From Eukaryota sp. GEM-RC1 (taxonomy: Eukaryota), in assembly GCA_040285855.1 (NCBI GenBank), contig JAUFOQ010000017.1, positions 1,302,001 to 1,366,000 of the forward strand: 64,000 bases of DNA, given 5' to 3'. Of this stretch, positions 61,419-64,000 are shown piece after piece (within the stretch, counting starts at the first letter, position 1; the number at the start of each line of letters is the position of its first letter). The notes beneath the pieces were generated by a model. The model was not told the origin of the DNA. It saw nothing but the letters and a program-made list of their open reading frames with translations, and searched no databases. A program made the position numbers and the translations under genes.

Positions 61419-61862
61419 TTAATTCATTGTAATGATTTCAGTGTAATTCTTTTCAAATTCATCCAATACTGGTTCTTGGAAATATTTTTTGTAACTTGAT
61501 AGGGCAATAGGTGGAACTTTTACTTCTTTTGGTCGTTGACTATTTCTATATTTACAAATCTCAATTGGAACATTCAAATAGAAAATTCTAACCGGAACAT
61601 CACCACTGACTTTCATTATTTCTTCTCTATTTTTCTTGTTTAAATTGGTTCGGTCTACAATGATGGATTTTCCTTCTTCTAAATACTTTTTAATATTTTT
61701 CTTGATTCTTCCAGATGTTTTATTCTCTTCATCATCTCCATGTAAACAAACATAGTTATCAATCATTTTGGATAGAGTTGTCTTTCCACTTGCTTGTGGT
61801 CCAACTAATAATATCAAACTTCTCCCATCGAAGTCTGAATGTTGTAGTACATTAATGATCAT
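61419..61862 (-). CDS. Polynucleotide kinase-like P-loop domain (PNKP kinase/AAA_33 type), possibly 5'-truncated by the adjacent LINE
   Basis: LLVGPQASGKTT, SIIVDRTNL..R, CKYRN..R..VPPIAL..Y.K.FQEP.LDE. Confidence 0.82.
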   Translation of the reverse strand: MIINVLQHSDFDGRSLILLVGPQASGKTTLSKMIDNYVCLHGDDEENKTSGRIKKNIKKYLEEGKSIIVDRTNLNKKNREEIMKVSGDVPVRIFYLNVPIEICKYRNSQRPKEVKVPPIALSSYKKYFQEPVLDEFEKNYTEIITMN

Positions 61863-61869
61863 TCATCAA

Positions 61870-62745
61870 CAAACCATAAATCTGTGGAATTTGGTTAAGC
61901 AAAGCAACTGAAGAACGGTCCTTCAAATCGATTAAAAAATTTGAACGCTGGATTTTTCCTTTTGCCATGCCAAGTCGAATTTTTAAATTCCAGACATTCA
62001 AAATGTTTCAAAAGGTGTTTTTGGAGTTTCTTAAGAGCAAATTTTAACGCGGTGACACATCGTTCTGGTATTTCACAAATATCTGCTGGAAAACAAGTTT
62101 GCCAGAGGTCAGGTAAAATTAGCGACAATTCTGATCTCAAATTTACCAAGAAAAAACTACTTGTCGAAACAAGAAGATTTTCTTGACTCGGGTAACCTCT
62201 ACAGAACTCAAAGACAAAATTCTTACCACCACTAATGAAAGCAGATTTGGTCCACCATTTAGACGAAGTGAAACCAATACCACCAAGATGAGGATCTGAG
62301 AAGATGTGATTGTTCAAAGCAGCAGGATCCACTGATAACAAAAATGCAAGAAAGTCGGTACTAATTTTGTTAATGCTTCTACAGAAGTTATAGGTAAGCA
62401 CAGGGGTAGAGAGTGAAGCAGATGAGTAACTTTTCCTGAACAACAAATTTTTAGCATGAAGAATTTTGAGATGTTTTTCCAATTGCAATTCCTTTATTTG
62501 ATCTAATTCTTTTCGCATTGAATCCAAATATACATTCAGATCTTTAACTTGTCATGTGAACCAAGATAGCAACGTAGAAATATAAAGCTTGAAGATAAGT
62601 AGTTCACAAAGGGAACCTCTAAAGAATTAACAATTAAAGTTACAGGTATTTTGACAATCAAAAAACATATTTGCACATTTAATTGAAGTTTAATTGCATC
62701 GTACAAATCAGCAGCCTGATTCGCAATAATACGAAGAGTTGACAT
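61870..62745 (-). mobile_element. Internal fragment of RLE-type LINE
   Basis: Near-identical to 14650-15530. Confidence 0.9.
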
Positions 62746-62751
62746 AGAAGT

Positions 62752-63265
62752 ACAGTCAGGTTCCTATAATTTCAACCCCATCTGGACCTTGAAATTACAG
62801 GAACCTTGAAATTATAGGATCTCTCTGTCTTCTCAACTACTTTCACTCATGGTACACTCTGTAGTCTCTGTATAACCTAATAAAACACCAATTCTTCATT
62901 GTATTGCTTAGTCCTTCACATGAATCGCACTGATTCGATAAGTGTTGATTTCTCGTTGATCGTGTCGTCTGTAAGGGTGTCAATGATGTCCTTTTCCGTC
63001 GACTTCATCAACGCAACGTGTAGAGCTGTGTTTTGCACGTTTCAGACCACGTTCAGCAAGATTTGCGGAAATGAGTAACAACAGTACTTCCACAACAACG
63101 AAGAAGACGTTGGAGTTTCATAGTTATGTATTTTGGGCTGTAAGTGAGTGGAAGAATCCACTAGTTGAAACGCAGGCAAACGCAAAAACACGATTTATGA
63201 CACACATAGTAACATCAAACTGACTCTATCAATCATCAGCATAGCTAGAATGTACTTAGATAGCT
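62752..63265 (+). mobile_element. Probable left end and degraded N-terminal (BED-like) region of a DNA transposon
   Basis: Starts cagtcaggttcctataatttca with inverted subterminal copies tgaaattacaggaac / tgaaattataggatc; contains RVVCKGCQ CxxC fragment. Confidence 0.45.
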
Positions 63266-63273
63266 ATCAGAAC

Positions 63274-63325
63274 CATACTTGTGGATCACAAACACATGTG
63301 ATCACACTGGCCTTTTATTTGTGAT
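63274..63325 (+). mobile_element. Left end of a second copy of the 54987-56138 hAT element, interrupted
   Basis: catacttgtggatcacaaacacatgtgatcacactggccttttatttgtgat; preceded by atcagaac. Confidence 0.85.
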
Positions 63326-63430
63326 TGTTAGCCACAGGTGTTAGTGAAGTGTTACTAGTACGTATAATTTGATTTATAAACACCCTTTACCTTCCCCTTT
63401 GCACCTTTAGGTATTAATAATTATTATCCT

Positions 63431-64000
63431 CATGGTAAAAAGAGGAATCTTACTACAGCTGCTCCTAAGAAAGGAGTTACTAACCGCAGACAGCCAAGTA
63501 GGTCTGTCAAAAAGACCAGAGTATCGAAGAGCTCTGCCACCCCGATCGAAGTGCCTACTGAATCCTCAGTAGATGAAGAGGACTTTGTGTCCGAACTCTC
63601 CTCACCCGAGAGTCTCTCCTCACACGAGAGCCCATCTTCAAACGTTGATGGAAGTTCCTTGGCTTCTTCGGAAGCCGGCGAAACGACTGGTATAAGACCC
63701 TTGGGCTCTTCGGAGTCTGGCGGCAACCCTGGTCCTTTGGAGTCATCCATTGGACCAGAACAGGAAGATCCTCTTGGAATCAAGAAGGTTCTGGAGAAAT
63801 ACGGAGTCCCCGTTATCTCTTCAGATACCACTAGTACTCCGGGAGACAATGTTGTGGGTAATGCTACTTCGTCTGTAGTTCCACCAACATCATTGCCCTC
63901 TCATCGTGTTTCTGATTCTTCCTTGTTAGTTAGTAGTTTATTAAATAAAGATAACGTTGATCCTTCAGTTCCTCTGTCTAGAGAGGTTGAAGAGAGCCTT
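63431..64000 (+). CDS. Partial Ser/Glu/Pro-rich reading frame running off the window end, likely part of an element inserted at ~63326
   Basis: Frame HGKKRNLTTAAPKKG...SSVDEEDFVSEL... appears open to 64000; start unclear. Confidence 0.4.

Overview
AT-rich, intron-poor eukaryotic (probably flagellated protist) genomic DNA. Single-exon host genes (DUF2828/vWA, BTB, alpha/beta-hydrolase, Skp1, LRR, HEH/MAN1-like, RCC1-like, CCDC42/CFAP73-like) are interspersed with RLE-type (CRE-like) non-LTR retrotransposon fragments, hAT/Tc1-type MITEs and pseudogenes. The standout is a ~9.7 kb insertion (~20.2-29.9 kb) between two divergent host genes, with two same-strand units. Each unit begins with tandem copies of one covarying structured RNA motif followed by a 2A ribosome-skipping peptide. 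Unit 1 encodes an Upf1/DNA2-like SF1 helicase. Unit 2 encodes a ~1,700-aa polyprotein of two Ulp1/C48 proteases, a PolB-type 3'-5' exonuclease and a Fanzor (TnpB-like) nuclease, followed by an omegaRNA-like fold. This copy carries frameshifts and stops, and no transposase was recognised in it. Also notable is a hAT cointegrate-like structure (56.1-63.3 kb, permuted TSDs) enclosing a gene-dense, virus-like five-gene island. All domain calls are from motif recognition by eye, not database searches.
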